A program made the position numbers and the translations under genes. Shown piece after piece: positions 1-9,162 of a stretch of DNA of 46,903 nucleotides. Source of the stretch: a virus (Duplodnaviria > Caudoviricetes). Under the pieces are notes generated by a model. The model worked only from the letters and a program-made list of their open reading frames with translations, was not told where the DNA came from and did not search any database. The DNA lies in IMG/VR virus record IMGVR_UViG_3300022666_000083, positions 1-46,903 of that record; one strand, given 5' to 3'. Each line of letters starts with the position of its first letter. Positions within the stretch are counted from its first letter, which is position 1.

Positions 1-1
1 G

Positions 2-460
2 CCCAAGAAATGTAGGGATTGCAAAGGATCGGGGATGATAGCGGAAGAGGTGTGGTGCCCGACGTGTAAAGGAGATGGGACGGTGATGGCGGAAGTAGTG
101 ACAAGAAAGGTCAAAGGACGAGCCGGAGATAGTAGCTTTCTGAAAGAGTTTAGAATGTCTATCCAAGAAGTATGTAAGTTGGAGGGATTGTACCCGGCTA
201 CGGAAGTGAAAGGGAAGGTGCAGATCGATAGTAGAATGGAGCAGGTAATAACGTCCAGGATTGATTTCGATAACGTGCCAAACGATATCCTCCTGGAGAT
301 GCGGGAAATGAACGAAAGGTTGAAACTGTACCAAAGACCCCCGAAGATGTTGACGGTGGAGAGTGAGCCAGTAAATGGGGAGAATGGGGACGGAAACGGC
401 GAGGAAATAACTGATAATAGGGTAGGGGAAAACGGGGAAACCGAACAGGAGAACGAGTGA
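2..460 (+). CDS. 5'-truncated protein with two CxxCxGxG zinc-finger motifs; possible terminase small-subunit-like protein
   Basis: The frame is open from base 2 (PKKCRDCKGSG-MIAEEVWCPTCKGDG), so the gene starts before the window. It has a GDSSFL...KLEGL segment and an acidic tail, and lies upstream of terL. The terS role is inferred from position only. Confidence 0.5.
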   Translation, partial: PKKCRDCKGSGMIAEEVWCPTCKGDGTVMAEVVTRKVKGRAGDSSFLKEFRMSIQEVCKLEGLYPATEVKGKVQIDSRMEQVITSRIDFDNVPNDILLEMREMNERLKLYQRPPKMLTVESEPVNGENGDGNGEEITDNRVGENGETEQENE

Positions 461-705
461 TGGATCAAAACCTAGTCCCGTTTAGTTTTGAGTGTGATTG
501 TTGCAAGTTCGCCAAGTGGTATGGGGAAGCCAGCCCACAGGCGGTCGAGCGGTATAGAAAACTGTGGGAAGAAATACACAGATATTGTGGAGAGGACAGT
601 AGCGAGGATTGATGTTATGGAGTGGGTGGTTTGGGACGAATTGTGTAGGAGGAAGCAGGTGGTGGAGTTTAACAGCCGTGTTTGCGGCGGAAAGGACGGT
701 GGAAT

Positions 706-1119
706 ATGAGCGAGACGATTGTTGTAGTCGATATCGAACGGCTGAACCTAGGAAACCAGGGATTCTATTACAGTTCCGAGGGAGAGTGGTGCCGCTACAC
801 TGCGGTTGTCAAGGCGATGCAGGCCGTCGGCGAACAGGTCGTCGGCCTGACGGCCGAGCTTGCCGAAATCCGCGGGCTGCTGGCTACGGCTACGGCTGAA
901 TGTGAGCGTCTGCGGCACGGCTACATCTACGTGACCAGTGACGACGTGACTATGGATACAATTCGGTGCCGCTACTGTAGTGCCAGAAAACTAGTAGGAG
1001 ACCAATACAAGAAAGTGCGGGAACTGGCGGATGCAATGCAGCATGACCGCAACTGCATTTTGTGGAGACCCACTGCCGCCGCGGCCGTGGCCGCCGCGGA
1101 GAAAGTGAGGGAAGCATGA
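706..1119 (+). CDS. hypothetical protein (coiled coil plus CxxC...HxxxC)
   Basis: ATG at 706 follows GGTGGA; the stop overlaps the next start (ATGA); motifs CRYC and HDRNC. Confidence 0.6.
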   Translation: MSETIVVVDIERLNLGNQGFYYSSEGEWCRYTAVVKAMQAVGEQVVGLTAELAEIRGLLATATAECERLRHGYIYVTSDDVTMDTIRCRYCSARKLVGDQYKKVRELADAMQHDRNCILWRPTAAAAVAAAEKVREA

Positions 1120-1325
1120 AAGCCAAATCGACGATTCGGCGCGAGGCCCAGAGGCTACAGCGATTGTCTCGCTGCAACAAGAACATTTCCGCCCGCGACC
1201 GGCACTTGGCCTACGATGCGGCGTGGGCACTGTGGTGGGTGCTGGGCGTGAGTAATAGTCCGCTCAATGCCGTTGCCGAGGCCGTGCGTGCGGCGGAGGA
1301 AGCAGAGAAAACAGACAAAGCATAG
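1116..1325 (+). CDS. small hypothetical protein
   Basis: ATGA overlap with the upstream gene and a GAGGG RBS; MKAKSTIRRE...ALWWVLG. Confidence 0.6.
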   Translation: MKAKSTIRREAQRLQRLSRCNKNISARDRHLAYDAAWALWWVLGVSNSPLNAVAEAVRAAEEAEKTDKA

Positions 1326-1370
1326 AAGTTAGGCGTTTCACATTTTATCCCTTTCCAAGGAGGAGTTTCG

Positions 1371-1577
1371 ATGAAGTTTGTGATTGCGATTCTGAGTGTG
1401 GTCGTTCTGTGTTTGCTAGTGAGTTCTGCCTCGGCACAGTGCCCTGGTGGATCGTATCCGGTTCAGCAAGGCCCAGCGATTAGGGTGGTCGAAAGGACGG
1501 TAGGTGTTGTTCGACATGTTCGGGAGAAGAAGCCCGTGCGAAGGGTTCTGAAACGAATTGTTTGTAGGTGTCACTAA
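1371..1577 (+). CDS. small secreted basic peptide with signal peptide
   Basis: AGGAGGAG RBS; MK + hydrophobic core + ASA|Q signal-peptidase-type site; Arg/Lys-rich C-terminus ending in CRCH. Confidence 0.7.
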   Translation: MKFVIAILSVVVLCLLVSSASAQCPGGSYPVQQGPAIRVVERTVGVVRHVREKKPVRRVLKRIVCRCH

Positions 1578-1598
1578 CTGTCTGGTGTGCTAGAGTTG

Positions 1599-1636
1599 GA
1601 CCTTTCCCGGTTGTGCTGGCCGGGAAAGGTCTTTGT
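1599..1636 (+). terminator. intrinsic terminator-like hairpin
   Basis: GACCTTTCCCGG / CCGGGAAAGGTC perfect 12-bp stem followed by TTTGT, in the intergenic space before terL. Confidence 0.6.
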
Positions 1637-1656
1637 CTATAACGGAGTAGTAGTAA

Positions 1657-3252
1657 ATGAAACAGAAACAAGTGACCCAGGCTGATATGGAGGCAGCCAA
1701 TCAAGCCTATCAAAAAAGAAGCAAAGACGATTTTCTCTTGTTTGTACAAGGTCTTATCATCCCATCTGCCGTTGGGCCTCGCCTCTTTCGATCTTGTCAA
1801 GCGTCGTTTCAGAAAGAATGTTTCGAGAGCATGGCCCCATCCCTCCACGCAGTGCGGGATGGGATAATGCCGCCAAAACGTCGGTTTTGGATTGAACGAA
1901 CAAAGAAGGCCGGGAAGGATAGTGATCTGGCGGCTTGTCTGTTGTGGCTAATTGCTTTTCCGAAACGACCATTTTATGCCCAGGTCGGTGCAGCAGATCG
2001 AGACCAGGCGGCTATCGTAAAACGTCGAATCAACGATTTGTTGTATCATAATGAATGGTTGAATGAACACGTAACAATTCAAAGTTACAAGGTCAAGCAT
2101 AACGGGGGATTGGCAGAGTTAGATATCTTAGCAGCCGACATTGCGGGTAGTCACGGGGAAACACCACATGTGCTTGTAGTAAATGAATTGTCCCATATTG
2201 TGAAATGGGAGTTCATCGAGAACCTGCTCGACAATGCCGATGGTGTGCCACAGGGATTGATTATGGTGGCAACCAACGCAGGATTTCACGGTACCAAAGC
2301 AGAGACGATGCGGAAGACAGCTATCCGGTCGAAAGCTTGGTCGACTCATATTTGGGATAGACCGGCACCGTGGATAGGGAAGATAGATCTTGAGGATGCA
2401 AAGACCCGAAATAGTCGAAGTCGGTATAGCAGACTTTGGTGGGGTAGGTGGGTTAGTGGAAAAGGGGATGCAATTGACGAAAGTGATATTGAACGTTGCT
2501 TCAAGCTCAAGGGTCCCACGGCCGGACCAGAACCGGGATGGCAGTACATAGCAGGATTGGATCTAGGTGTGAGTCATGATCATTGTGGATTAGCCGTGGT
2601 GGGAGTCAATTCAAAAGAGCAAAGGTTGAAATTGGTTTACATGAAAGGATGGGCTCCGGGAAAGAATGGGGAAGTGGATTTGATAGCTGTAGAGGATGCC
2701 TGTCTATCTATATCAAGACATTGGCGAATCAGTTGGTTTGGTTACGATCCAACTCAAGCCAAGTTGATGGCCCAAAGACTGTTCAGGAAGAACGTCCCCA
2801 TGCGGGAAGTGAGTTTCTCGGTTCCCAAGAACTTGACGGCTATGGCCACTTGTTTTTTACAGGTAATAGAGGCAGGGAAGTTTGAGTGTTACGATGATGA
2901 GGATGGAAGGCTGAGACGAGACTTCGGTAAGTTCAACATAGCCGAGAAGCCTTACGGATACAAGTTGGAAGCGGTGAGTGATGAGTATGGTCACGCTGAT
3001 GTGGGGACGGCTGTGATAATACTTATGCCAAAGGCAGTTCAGTTGTTAGCCGGGATAGGACGTGAGCCATCCGATCCTGTAGCCGAAGAGGAGGAAACGG
3101 ACCTCACAGAGGACGAAGTTGAAAGTATGCCGGCTGAGCTACGGGAGATCTACGAGTCAGTTGATGATGTAAGTGAAGGAGAAATCGAACGAGTGATTAC
3201 TTACGGTGATCACGGAATTAAGCATGTATGGTCCCGTCGGGGCCAGCGGTAA
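1657..3252 (+). CDS. terL: terminase large subunit
   Basis: Walker A-like RTKKAGKDS, AADRDQA, Walker B-like LVVNE, motif III VATNAG, and nuclease motifs YIAGLDLG, GYDP and HADVG. Confidence 0.85.
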   Translation: MKQKQVTQADMEAANQAYQKRSKDDFLLFVQGLIIPSAVGPRLFRSCQASFQKECFESMAPSLHAVRDGIMPPKRRFWIERTKKAGKDSDLAACLLWLIAFPKRPFYAQVGAADRDQAAIVKRRINDLLYHNEWLNEHVTIQSYKVKHNGGLAELDILAADIAGSHGETPHVLVVNELSHIVKWEFIENLLDNADGVPQGLIMVATNAGFHGTKAETMRKTAIRSKAWSTHIWDRPAPWIGKIDLEDAKTRNSRSRYSRLWWGRWVSGKGDAIDESDIERCFKLKGPTAGPEPGWQYIAGLDLGVSHDHCGLAVVGVNSKEQRLKLVYMKGWAPGKNGEVDLIAVEDACLSISRHWRISWFGYDPTQAKLMAQRLFRKNVPMREVSFSVPKNLTAMATCFLQVIEAGKFECYDDEDGRLRRDFGKFNIAEKPYGYKLEAVSDEYGHADVGTAVIILMPKAVQLLAGIGREPSDPVAEEEETDLTEDEVESMPAELREIYESVDDVSEGEIERVITYGDHGIKHVWSRRGQR

Positions 3253-3289
3253 AATCACTATAGGGGAAAACCTGAGTTTCCGGTATATT
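3251..3289 (+). promoter_or_regulatory. putative phage promoter, copy 1 (AAAATCACTATAGG-N17-GGTATATT)
   Basis: Same two boxes and identical spacing as 25777-25815; intergenic and directly before the AAGGAGG RBS of the gene at 3303. Confidence 0.55.
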
Positions 3290-3302
3290 AAGGAGGATAA
3301 AG

Positions 3303-3713
3303 ATGGCCAAGCTCCGGGGATCAACCAAACGGTTGTGGGAGGGTTTAGAATGGCTGGAACGTTGTGAAGATGGTCCGACGTTTCCGAAGGAGTATCTAAA
3401 CGGCCTTCGGATGGCGCTAGAAGCGGGACTAAGTTGTGAGCAGATTGTAAGCTTTCTAGTATTAGCGTCGGGGATATATGAGTGTGGTGCTGCGTTTGAT
3501 GAAGGGGAGCTCTTACACCGGTCTCAGTACATCATATCAGTGATGAAAAGAGACCGTCGGTTGCAGGGGAAACCAGATGGTGGTAAGAAGCATAAACAGT
3601 CTGGTGCACGCTGCATCTGTCGAGAACAGCTTGAGCAAGCGGCAGAGGAAGCAGTTTTCGAGAGTCTACGAAGTGATGCAGGACCACCCTCGGTTTGCGA
3701 AGATGGTTCGTGA
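3303..3713 (+). CDS. hypothetical protein
   Basis: Strong AAGGAGG RBS; the 3' end overlaps the next ORF by 137 nt. Confidence 0.6.
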   Translation: MAKLRGSTKRLWEGLEWLERCEDGPTFPKEYLNGLRMALEAGLSCEQIVSFLVLASGIYECGAAFDEGELLHRSQYIISVMKRDRRLQGKPDGGKKHKQSGARCICREQLEQAAEEAVFESLRSDAGPPSVCEDGS

Positions 3714-3888
3714 GCAGGTGTTGAGCGCTTACGAACAAGGGTATGGTCCGATTACAGGAGCTATCAATTGGAAGGCAATTTGGGAATGGTTCTTGGCGAA
3801 CGCTCCAGCCATTCTTAGTTTATTGTTGAAGTTGCTGCTGGTTTTCTTGGCGATGAGTAAGAAAGGGAAGAAGCGATGGATAAACTAG
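3577..3888 (+). CDS. membrane-associated protein with C-terminal hydrophobic helix and basic tail (holin-like?)
   Basis: INWKAIWEWFLANAPAILSLLLKLLLVFLAMSKKGKKR. Confidence 0.55.
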   Translation: MVVRSINSLVHAASVENSLSKRQRKQFSRVYEVMQDHPRFAKMVREQVLSAYEQGYGPITGAINWKAIWEWFLANAPAILSLLLKLLLVFLAMSKKGKKRWIN

Positions 3889-4505
3889 ATAAAGTAATTG
3901 ACCGTATCGAAACAGCCCTTGACAAATTGATTAAGGGTGGAGCCGGTTCGGGTAACTTTGGACACAGTGGTAGACCAGGACACGCTGGTGGATCGGGTGG
4001 AGGAGGTAGTGGTTCCGTTTCTAGGGATGATCAACTCTCCAGAATAGGACTCGGTAGAGAATCTCAGCTTGGTAGTGGTGGTGGAGGGGGTGGAGGAAGG
4101 ATTCCTGAAGGATGGGAAGCAGCAAAGAAGCCATTTGATTGGCGTCCTCCAGGAGGAAAGGGAGGGTTTAGCGTTCGGTTGGGGTTTACTGATGAATCGA
4201 GAGGTGAGGCATTCTTCGATTCCCATTTCTCTGTTAGAGGAGTGTCTAAGAAGAATGAGGTTTCTCTTGGTGGTTATATAGACTATCAAGGTAGAGAGGA
4301 CTGGGATTCAATGAGTGTGGCTCATGGACGTTTACAGAATGCTCTTCGACCTGGAACTGTTTTGACAATGAGTCCTCGTTTATTTAATCGAAGAGGTACT
4401 CGGGATATGTCTTCATTTACGGCTATCATAAACAAGGTTGAAGCCGATAAAGAGAACAACGCTCTTCGTGTTTCTTATACCCAGATTACTCCAAAGAAGC
4501 AATAA
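3876..4505 (+). CDS. leader/GGxGSGNFGH-tagged protein of unknown function (putative capsid cargo)
   Basis: Begins MDKLDKVIDRIETALDKLIK-GGAGSGNFGHSGRPGHAGGSGGG, the same leader as the genes at 16576, 18986 and 24187. Confidence 0.75.
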   Translation: MDKLDKVIDRIETALDKLIKGGAGSGNFGHSGRPGHAGGSGGGGSGSVSRDDQLSRIGLGRESQLGSGGGGGGGRIPEGWEAAKKPFDWRPPGGKGGFSVRLGFTDESRGEAFFDSHFSVRGVSKKNEVSLGGYIDYQGREDWDSMSVAHGRLQNALRPGTVLTMSPRLFNRRGTRDMSSFTAIINKVEADKENNALRVSYTQITPKKQ

Positions 4506-4539
4506 TCCGCGTTTCCCGTTTCTATACAAGGAGAACGAG

Positions 4540-4920
4540 ATGTTGAAGTTGCTTGAGTTGTTTGCGAAGGCTGGTGTTTCCCCCAAGGGAATCCTGTCAA
4601 TCCCCGACATCCACAACGAAACAGCGTTTCGGGTGTGGTTGCAAGGCGTGACAAAACTCGGTGCCACGCTTACCGAGTTAACATCCACCGAGATTGATGA
4701 TGATGTTTCGGCGTTGCTGGTGACGTTCGTTGGGGATGATCAGGTGTGGGTAGACTTCTACAAGTTGCTCATTGACATCTTCCCGCCGGATGGCACCACG
4801 ATGTCCCAACCCCCTATGGCTTACTCGGTTGAGAGTAAGCGATTGACTAAGTCGTGGGACTGGGCGAAGATTATGAAGGTGGTCCAGATGATTATCGACT
4901 TCATCAGTGCCCTGAAGTGA
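4540..4920 (+). CDS. hypothetical protein with C-terminal amphipathic helix
   Basis: AAGGAG RBS before ATG 4540; ends WDWAKIMKVVQMIIDFISALK. Confidence 0.65.
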   Translation: MLKLLELFAKAGVSPKGILSIPDIHNETAFRVWLQGVTKLGATLTELTSTEIDDDVSALLVTFVGDDQVWVDFYKLLIDIFPPDGTTMSQPPMAYSVESKRLTKSWDWAKIMKVVQMIIDFISALK

Positions 4921-4934
4921 GGTATGTCCCCGGA

Positions 4935-4981
4935 CCGACGGCTGGTTGTAGCTGCTCTCCCCGATAGCTCCCAGCCGTCGG
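4935..4981 (+). other. intergenic stem-loop
   Basis: CCGACGGCTGG / CCAGCCGTCGG 11-bp stem with an inner AGCT/AGCT pairing. Confidence 0.5.
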
Positions 4982-5021
4982 CTCCTTTACCTGCAAAAAT
5001 CAGAAACAAGGAGAACATGAC

Positions 5022-5897
5022 ATGAAACGAACTGGTTGGAAATGGTACGAGGCGATGTTAGCAGTTATTGTAGGACTGCTAATATCCGCCCCAATTCTAG
5101 TGAAGGAAAGCCGCTTTGCACAAAACGATTGTCAGGCGGCCACCGGGACGTTGGTGGCCAGTAATGATGGTCATCAGATCATCAAGACTGGTTCCGATCC
5201 AGTCAAAGAACAGCCTATTCTGGCAGCAAAAGCGGTAATCACCGGTCCCGCTGATGGCAAGTCGGAACCGGGTGATTTGGTGGTTCTTCGAGCAACCGGT
5301 AGCGTGGCAAGCGCTTACAAATGGCAAGTGCTCCCACCCGAAGCCGCCAACAAATATTTCGAGATCGTGGAGCGGGACAGTACGGGGAAAATAGTGGGAA
5401 GTAGCGTGGTGTTTGCCAGTCGAAAATCAGGCACCTACGTTTTTATGTTGGCTGTGGCAATTGGAGATAGTGTTGATCTGGCGGGCTATGTACTGACCAA
5501 CCAGGAGGTAGGCCCGCCCAAGCCTCCCGATCCTCCGCCGGAGCCCGTCGTAAACCCTTACAAACCGGATCCAGTGTTTCAGGCGGCGGTGGCTCCGGTA
5601 AAGTCGTTCAGCCTAAGCAAAGTGGACAGCGACAGCCTCAGCAGGTTATACGGAGTAACTGCCCGACAGGCACTTGCCCAACTCAGTACGACTACCGAGC
5701 TCCGGGCTTTTTTAATCGCCGAGGGTACTAAGCTCAACCTCAAGGACAAGTACAAAGGATTAGGTACAGAAGTAGACTCAGCCTTGGTTAAGATGCTCGG
5801 TACAAACGTGGGCAATCTTGACAAGGTGGTAGCGGGAAGGGCTTTAGATACGTTGGCTTGGGCTGTGTGGGAAACGGGTAAAGTGGGAAGAAAGTAG
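5022..5897 (+). CDS. membrane-anchored protein: N-terminal TM, Ig/PKD-like beta domain, Pro-rich linker, helical C-terminal domain
   Basis: Hydrophobic N-terminus; ITGP...PGDLVVL...YKWQV...GTYVFML pattern; PPKPPDPPPEP linker. Confidence 0.6.
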   Translation: MKRTGWKWYEAMLAVIVGLLISAPILVKESRFAQNDCQAATGTLVASNDGHQIIKTGSDPVKEQPILAAKAVITGPADGKSEPGDLVVLRATGSVASAYKWQVLPPEAANKYFEIVERDSTGKIVGSSVVFASRKSGTYVFMLAVAIGDSVDLAGYVLTNQEVGPPKPPDPPPEPVVNPYKPDPVFQAAVAPVKSFSLSKVDSDSLSRLYGVTARQALAQLSTTTELRAFLIAEGTKLNLKDKYKGLGTEVDSALVKMLGTNVGNLDKVVAGRALDTLAWAVWETGKVGRK

Positions 5898-5899
5898 TG

Positions 5900-6466
5900 A
5901 TGAAATACTTGCTAACCATCTGCTTGCTGTTGTTACTGAGTTTGACCAGCTGCTTTTGTTTGGAGCCTCGGCCTTGGGCTTTCGGTGGGGAGCAGTTGTT
6001 CTTACAGGTCAGGCTTGTCGTAGGTTATGATCAATCAGTAGACAGCAAGCAGATGTTTCCAATACTCGCCGGGCTAAGGGCAGCTGGTTATGACATTGTT
6101 TACACTGACTTGACCTCCACAAACTCTCAGAAGTACAGAGAGGCTTTCGAGCTAGATAAGGATAGCCAGCTACCCTGTTATTTGATGTACATAGGTCACG
6201 AGGCTTTTGAGAAACGGCAAGGAGTTTTAACAGAGAAGGAACTAAAGGACTGGTTTGCTCAAGTCAATAAGGGACTGGCTACGGCGGGTGTGGCAAAGCC
6301 GGTTCAACAGAAATTGTATTTGCAAAACGATCCTCTCAATCTCATCTACTTACGAAAGACGTTATCCCCGCCAAGTTGTGGGATGTTGTGGTGTGTGTCC
6401 CACCGCTACGAGATTCTACAATGGGTGGATGCCAATGGCAAAGTCATAGGACCAGCTAAACCATAA
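5900..6466 (+). CDS. secreted protein, possibly thioredoxin-like fold without CxxC
   Basis: Signal peptide; QLPCYLMY...EKRQGVLTEKELKDWF resembles the C-terminal half of thioredoxin. Confidence 0.45.
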   Translation: MKYLLTICLLLLLSLTSCFCLEPRPWAFGGEQLFLQVRLVVGYDQSVDSKQMFPILAGLRAAGYDIVYTDLTSTNSQKYREAFELDKDSQLPCYLMYIGHEAFEKRQGVLTEKELKDWFAQVNKGLATAGVAKPVQQKLYLQNDPLNLIYLRKTLSPPSCGMLWCVSHRYEILQWVDANGKVIGPAKP

Positions 6467-6479
6467 AGGAGAACAAGTA

Positions 6480-7646
6480 ATGAGTATTGGTAATGGAAAC
6501 AAGTGGCGTGAATTGTTGCTCCAGGTCCCAAACACGAATTCTTTAGCGTCGTTTGTGGAGAACGTGACATTCTTCGCGAGGCAATTGGCATTCGATGGTC
6601 TTGGGGCTGGGCTCCGACGAACGATTGGTCAAGGACTGTTTCAAGCCTACAAGCGTGGTTTCCACGGCTGTTTTGTAGATCGTGACCCCAATCCCAAGTG
6701 GGCCAGAGCCATTGCCGGATTCGCCAAGGATCGTTTCCGCAATACAGTGGGAGCTAGTCAATGGCAGGTAGAGCAGGTGATGCCGACGGCCCTGCAAGGA
6801 ACGGGACGAGGTAAGCGGGCCCTCAATTGGCAGTACATACAGAAGGTCAATCCCAGGTTTCTTGCAGGTAGTCAGGACTACGGGAATTGTCGTTCATGGT
6901 CAGCTCGTGAGGCTTCGATGGTGTTGGCAGGTCTGGCCATAGCAAAGGGAGGATTACATCGACTTGATTATCGACACGGTACGGCCCTAGTCTACGGCTC
7001 TCGAGGATCCAGTAGTCAAGGCATGGATATGGCTACGGGATGTGAGGTGTTGACAACAATCGGCCAGTCGGAGGAGAAGGATTACGGTGGGGGGCTTGAT
7101 TTAAGTACCGAGGACTTGGATGAATCGAGAGGAAATGCTTGGGGTCGGTCTGGTCCACCGGCGGCTTTGATTGCTGCTGTGAAGGGTGATGTAGTCCAAA
7201 AGGCTTACAATATCGGGGAAGCGACAGCCGATATGGTGATGGATATCTTTTGGAATGAGGGTGTTATTGATCATGGATCGAACAGCACTGCTGGTCAAAG
7301 TCGAAATGGACTTATCAGTCCATTGGAAAGCATCGGTGGTCATGCCCAGTGTGGGATTGGGTATGACGACACGGACGAGTTCAAAGCATGGGCTAAGCAG
7401 AACCTCAACATTACCCTTACGGATGCAGTGGTAATAAGTGATCAAAGCTGGGGTGATTGGCTAGATCTCCCCAAATGGCCAACTGAATTGTGGGGATCAA
7501 GACCGGAGGGAGCGTGGGTGGTTACGATGACCGATTTCTTAAAGATTTGCAATCAGTGGGGTGATGGTTGGGCGATGACCGGGATCAACGGGTTCCAGGC
7601 CCGTAGTCTTCCTAACTGGGGAACCAGCACTTACTTGGGAGATTAA
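6480..7646 (+). CDS. papain-like (C1 family) cysteine peptidase
   Basis: Q-DYGNC (oxyanion Gln plus catalytic Cys), GGHAQCGIGYDD (His) and DQSWG (NSWG equivalent). Confidence 0.75.
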   Translation: MSIGNGNKWRELLLQVPNTNSLASFVENVTFFARQLAFDGLGAGLRRTIGQGLFQAYKRGFHGCFVDRDPNPKWARAIAGFAKDRFRNTVGASQWQVEQVMPTALQGTGRGKRALNWQYIQKVNPRFLAGSQDYGNCRSWSAREASMVLAGLAIAKGGLHRLDYRHGTALVYGSRGSSSQGMDMATGCEVLTTIGQSEEKDYGGGLDLSTEDLDESRGNAWGRSGPPAALIAAVKGDVVQKAYNIGEATADMVMDIFWNEGVIDHGSNSTAGQSRNGLISPLESIGGHAQCGIGYDDTDEFKAWAKQNLNITLTDAVVISDQSWGDWLDLPKWPTELWGSRPEGAWVVTMTDFLKICNQWGDGWAMTGINGFQARSLPNWGTSTYLGD

Positions 7647-7662
7647 AGATGGATGAAGGTGG

Positions 7663-8505
7663 TTGGGGAAAGATAATGCGAATCATGCTATGGGGAGAAG
7701 CCATTTATTTGATTGTGAAGTGGTTGACCGTTCCATTGTGGATATTGCCCTGGTTGTTTTATCGTATGTTTCGTGTACGGGGTGGTTGATGGAAGACAGC
7801 GAACTCCAACTCGACCGCGAACGCCTTGCCGCACAGCAGGCCAAGGATGTGGCTGCGCAGCGTTCGGCGTCCGGGGCTTCCGTGACCGACCAGCGAGTGA
7901 AGTTGGCCGACGCCGATTTCTCCCGCTGGCAGGGCGCGGCCGAGCAAGAGCGGAAGTGGATCGAGACGCTGGCTGAATGTCGACTGAAGTACGCCCAAGC
8001 GGACCTGACTGAAGCCCAGGCGGCCTACGAACTGGCCAAGACGGCTGACAAGTTGCAAGACGTGCGGAAGAAGTATGCCCTTATGGCCCGCATGGAACGC
8101 GAGCTACAGCAGTTGCGACAGTCGGAATATCGGCACCGGCAAGAGATGAAGCGGTTGGCGAACAACGCCCTGGCGGCGTCGGCCGTTCGTAACCTGCCAC
8201 ATATCTCGCCACAGAGTGTGGCGGCGATGTGGAACGCCTGGCGTTATTTTCTGCGGCGATGCCCGGAGAAAGTGGTCGCTAAACTGGCCGGTTCGATGGC
8301 ACTTGTTGAACAACTGCAGTGTGAGCGACGGGTTCCAGCGGCCGGAACCCAGGAGCATCTGATGCTCATTGTCGCGTTTTCTCTTGTTGCCGACTGTGCC
8401 GATACGATTCGCACCGACGCGGAGGCAAAACTGGCCGCGTTGCGGGCCGGCACCTATGACGTGTGGAAGCCTGAAGAGTCGACAGCTTCAGTAGAAGGGG
8501 GATAG
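7663..8505 (+). CDS. coiled-coil hypothetical protein (start uncertain, possibly 7789)
   Basis: Long Ala/Glu/Arg/Gln helical region with GC-rich codons. Confidence 0.55.
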   Translation: MGKDNANHAMGRSHLFDCEVVDRSIVDIALVVLSYVSCTGWLMEDSELQLDRERLAAQQAKDVAAQRSASGASVTDQRVKLADADFSRWQGAAEQERKWIETLAECRLKYAQADLTEAQAAYELAKTADKLQDVRKKYALMARMERELQQLRQSEYRHRQEMKRLANNALAASAVRNLPHISPQSVAAMWNAWRYFLRRCPEKVVAKLAGSMALVEQLQCERRVPAAGTQEHLMLIVAFSLVADCADTIRTDAEAKLAALRAGTYDVWKPEESTASVEGG

Positions 8506-8506
8506 T

Positions 8507-8725
8507 ATGGGATGGTTGTGGACTGTTTTGCTGAGTGTCTATTGTACTGGTTTGGCTGTTACGTTTGTGTTGTTATTTGTTGAATTAGATCTTACACTTG
8601 GATCGGGATACAAGAGTGGCCACTGGACTGATTATTTGATCATCGCCGTATTAGCAGGTATTCCAGCACTTGTTTGGCCTTTGAGTTTGTTACTTGCAAT
8701 TGGTGGTTTGTTGTTTCGGAGATGA
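8507..8725 (+). CDS. small two-TM membrane protein
   Basis: Two hydrophobic stretches, a WP motif and a terminal RR. Confidence 0.6.
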   Translation: MGWLWTVLLSVYCTGLAVTFVLLFVELDLTLGSGYKSGHWTDYLIIAVLAGIPALVWPLSLLLAIGGLLFRR

Positions 8726-8757
8726 GTGTTTTACTAAACTTAGTAAAAGGATCGAAG

Positions 8758-9156
8758 ATGACTGGATTGAAGGCATTAGCGATGTTTGGCATGCTTAGCA
8801 TATGTGGACTACTCTCAATGGCCGGACCAGAAATAGTTGCTCAAGCACCGGCTGCTGATGCGAATACGAGTCAGTCTCAAAGCATTGAGAGTATTGGTGA
8901 ACGGATCATCGCAAAGGCGATCACAGCCCTCGGTCCATTGGCAATACTTGGTTGGTTTCTGTGGCATACTTCGACAAAGACACTTCCAACTAAGGACGCG
9001 CAATCAGCGGAAGAACGCACGGCTTACTTGGAAGCGATGGCGGCTGAACGAGCGGCGCATAAGGATATTGTAGATAAGATCGTGGACGAATTAAAACAGG
9101 AACGCAACGCTGTATTGCAAGTTATTAAGAGTTGTGAAGCACGACGTGGTGGCTAA
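8758..9156 (+). CDS. holin-like membrane protein (TM plus coiled coil)
   Basis: Signal/TM segment, second TM ALGPLAILGWFLW and a charged coiled-coil C-terminus. Confidence 0.45.
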   Translation: MTGLKALAMFGMLSICGLLSMAGPEIVAQAPAADANTSQSQSIESIGERIIAKAITALGPLAILGWFLWHTSTKTLPTKDAQSAEERTAYLEAMAAERAAHKDIVDKIVDELKQERNAVLQVIKSCEARRGG

Positions 9157-9162
9157 CTGAAG

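Noticed and set aside
488-899. ORFs 488-709 and 609-899
   Set aside because: They have weak TTG starts, overlap the better-supported gene at 706 and show no motifs.
3255-3266. TCACTATAGGG resembles the 3' half of the T7 promoter
   Set aside because: The upstream TAATACGAC specificity region is absent, no single-subunit RNA polymerase is in the window, and the conserved downstream GGTATATT box fits a sigma-type promoter better.
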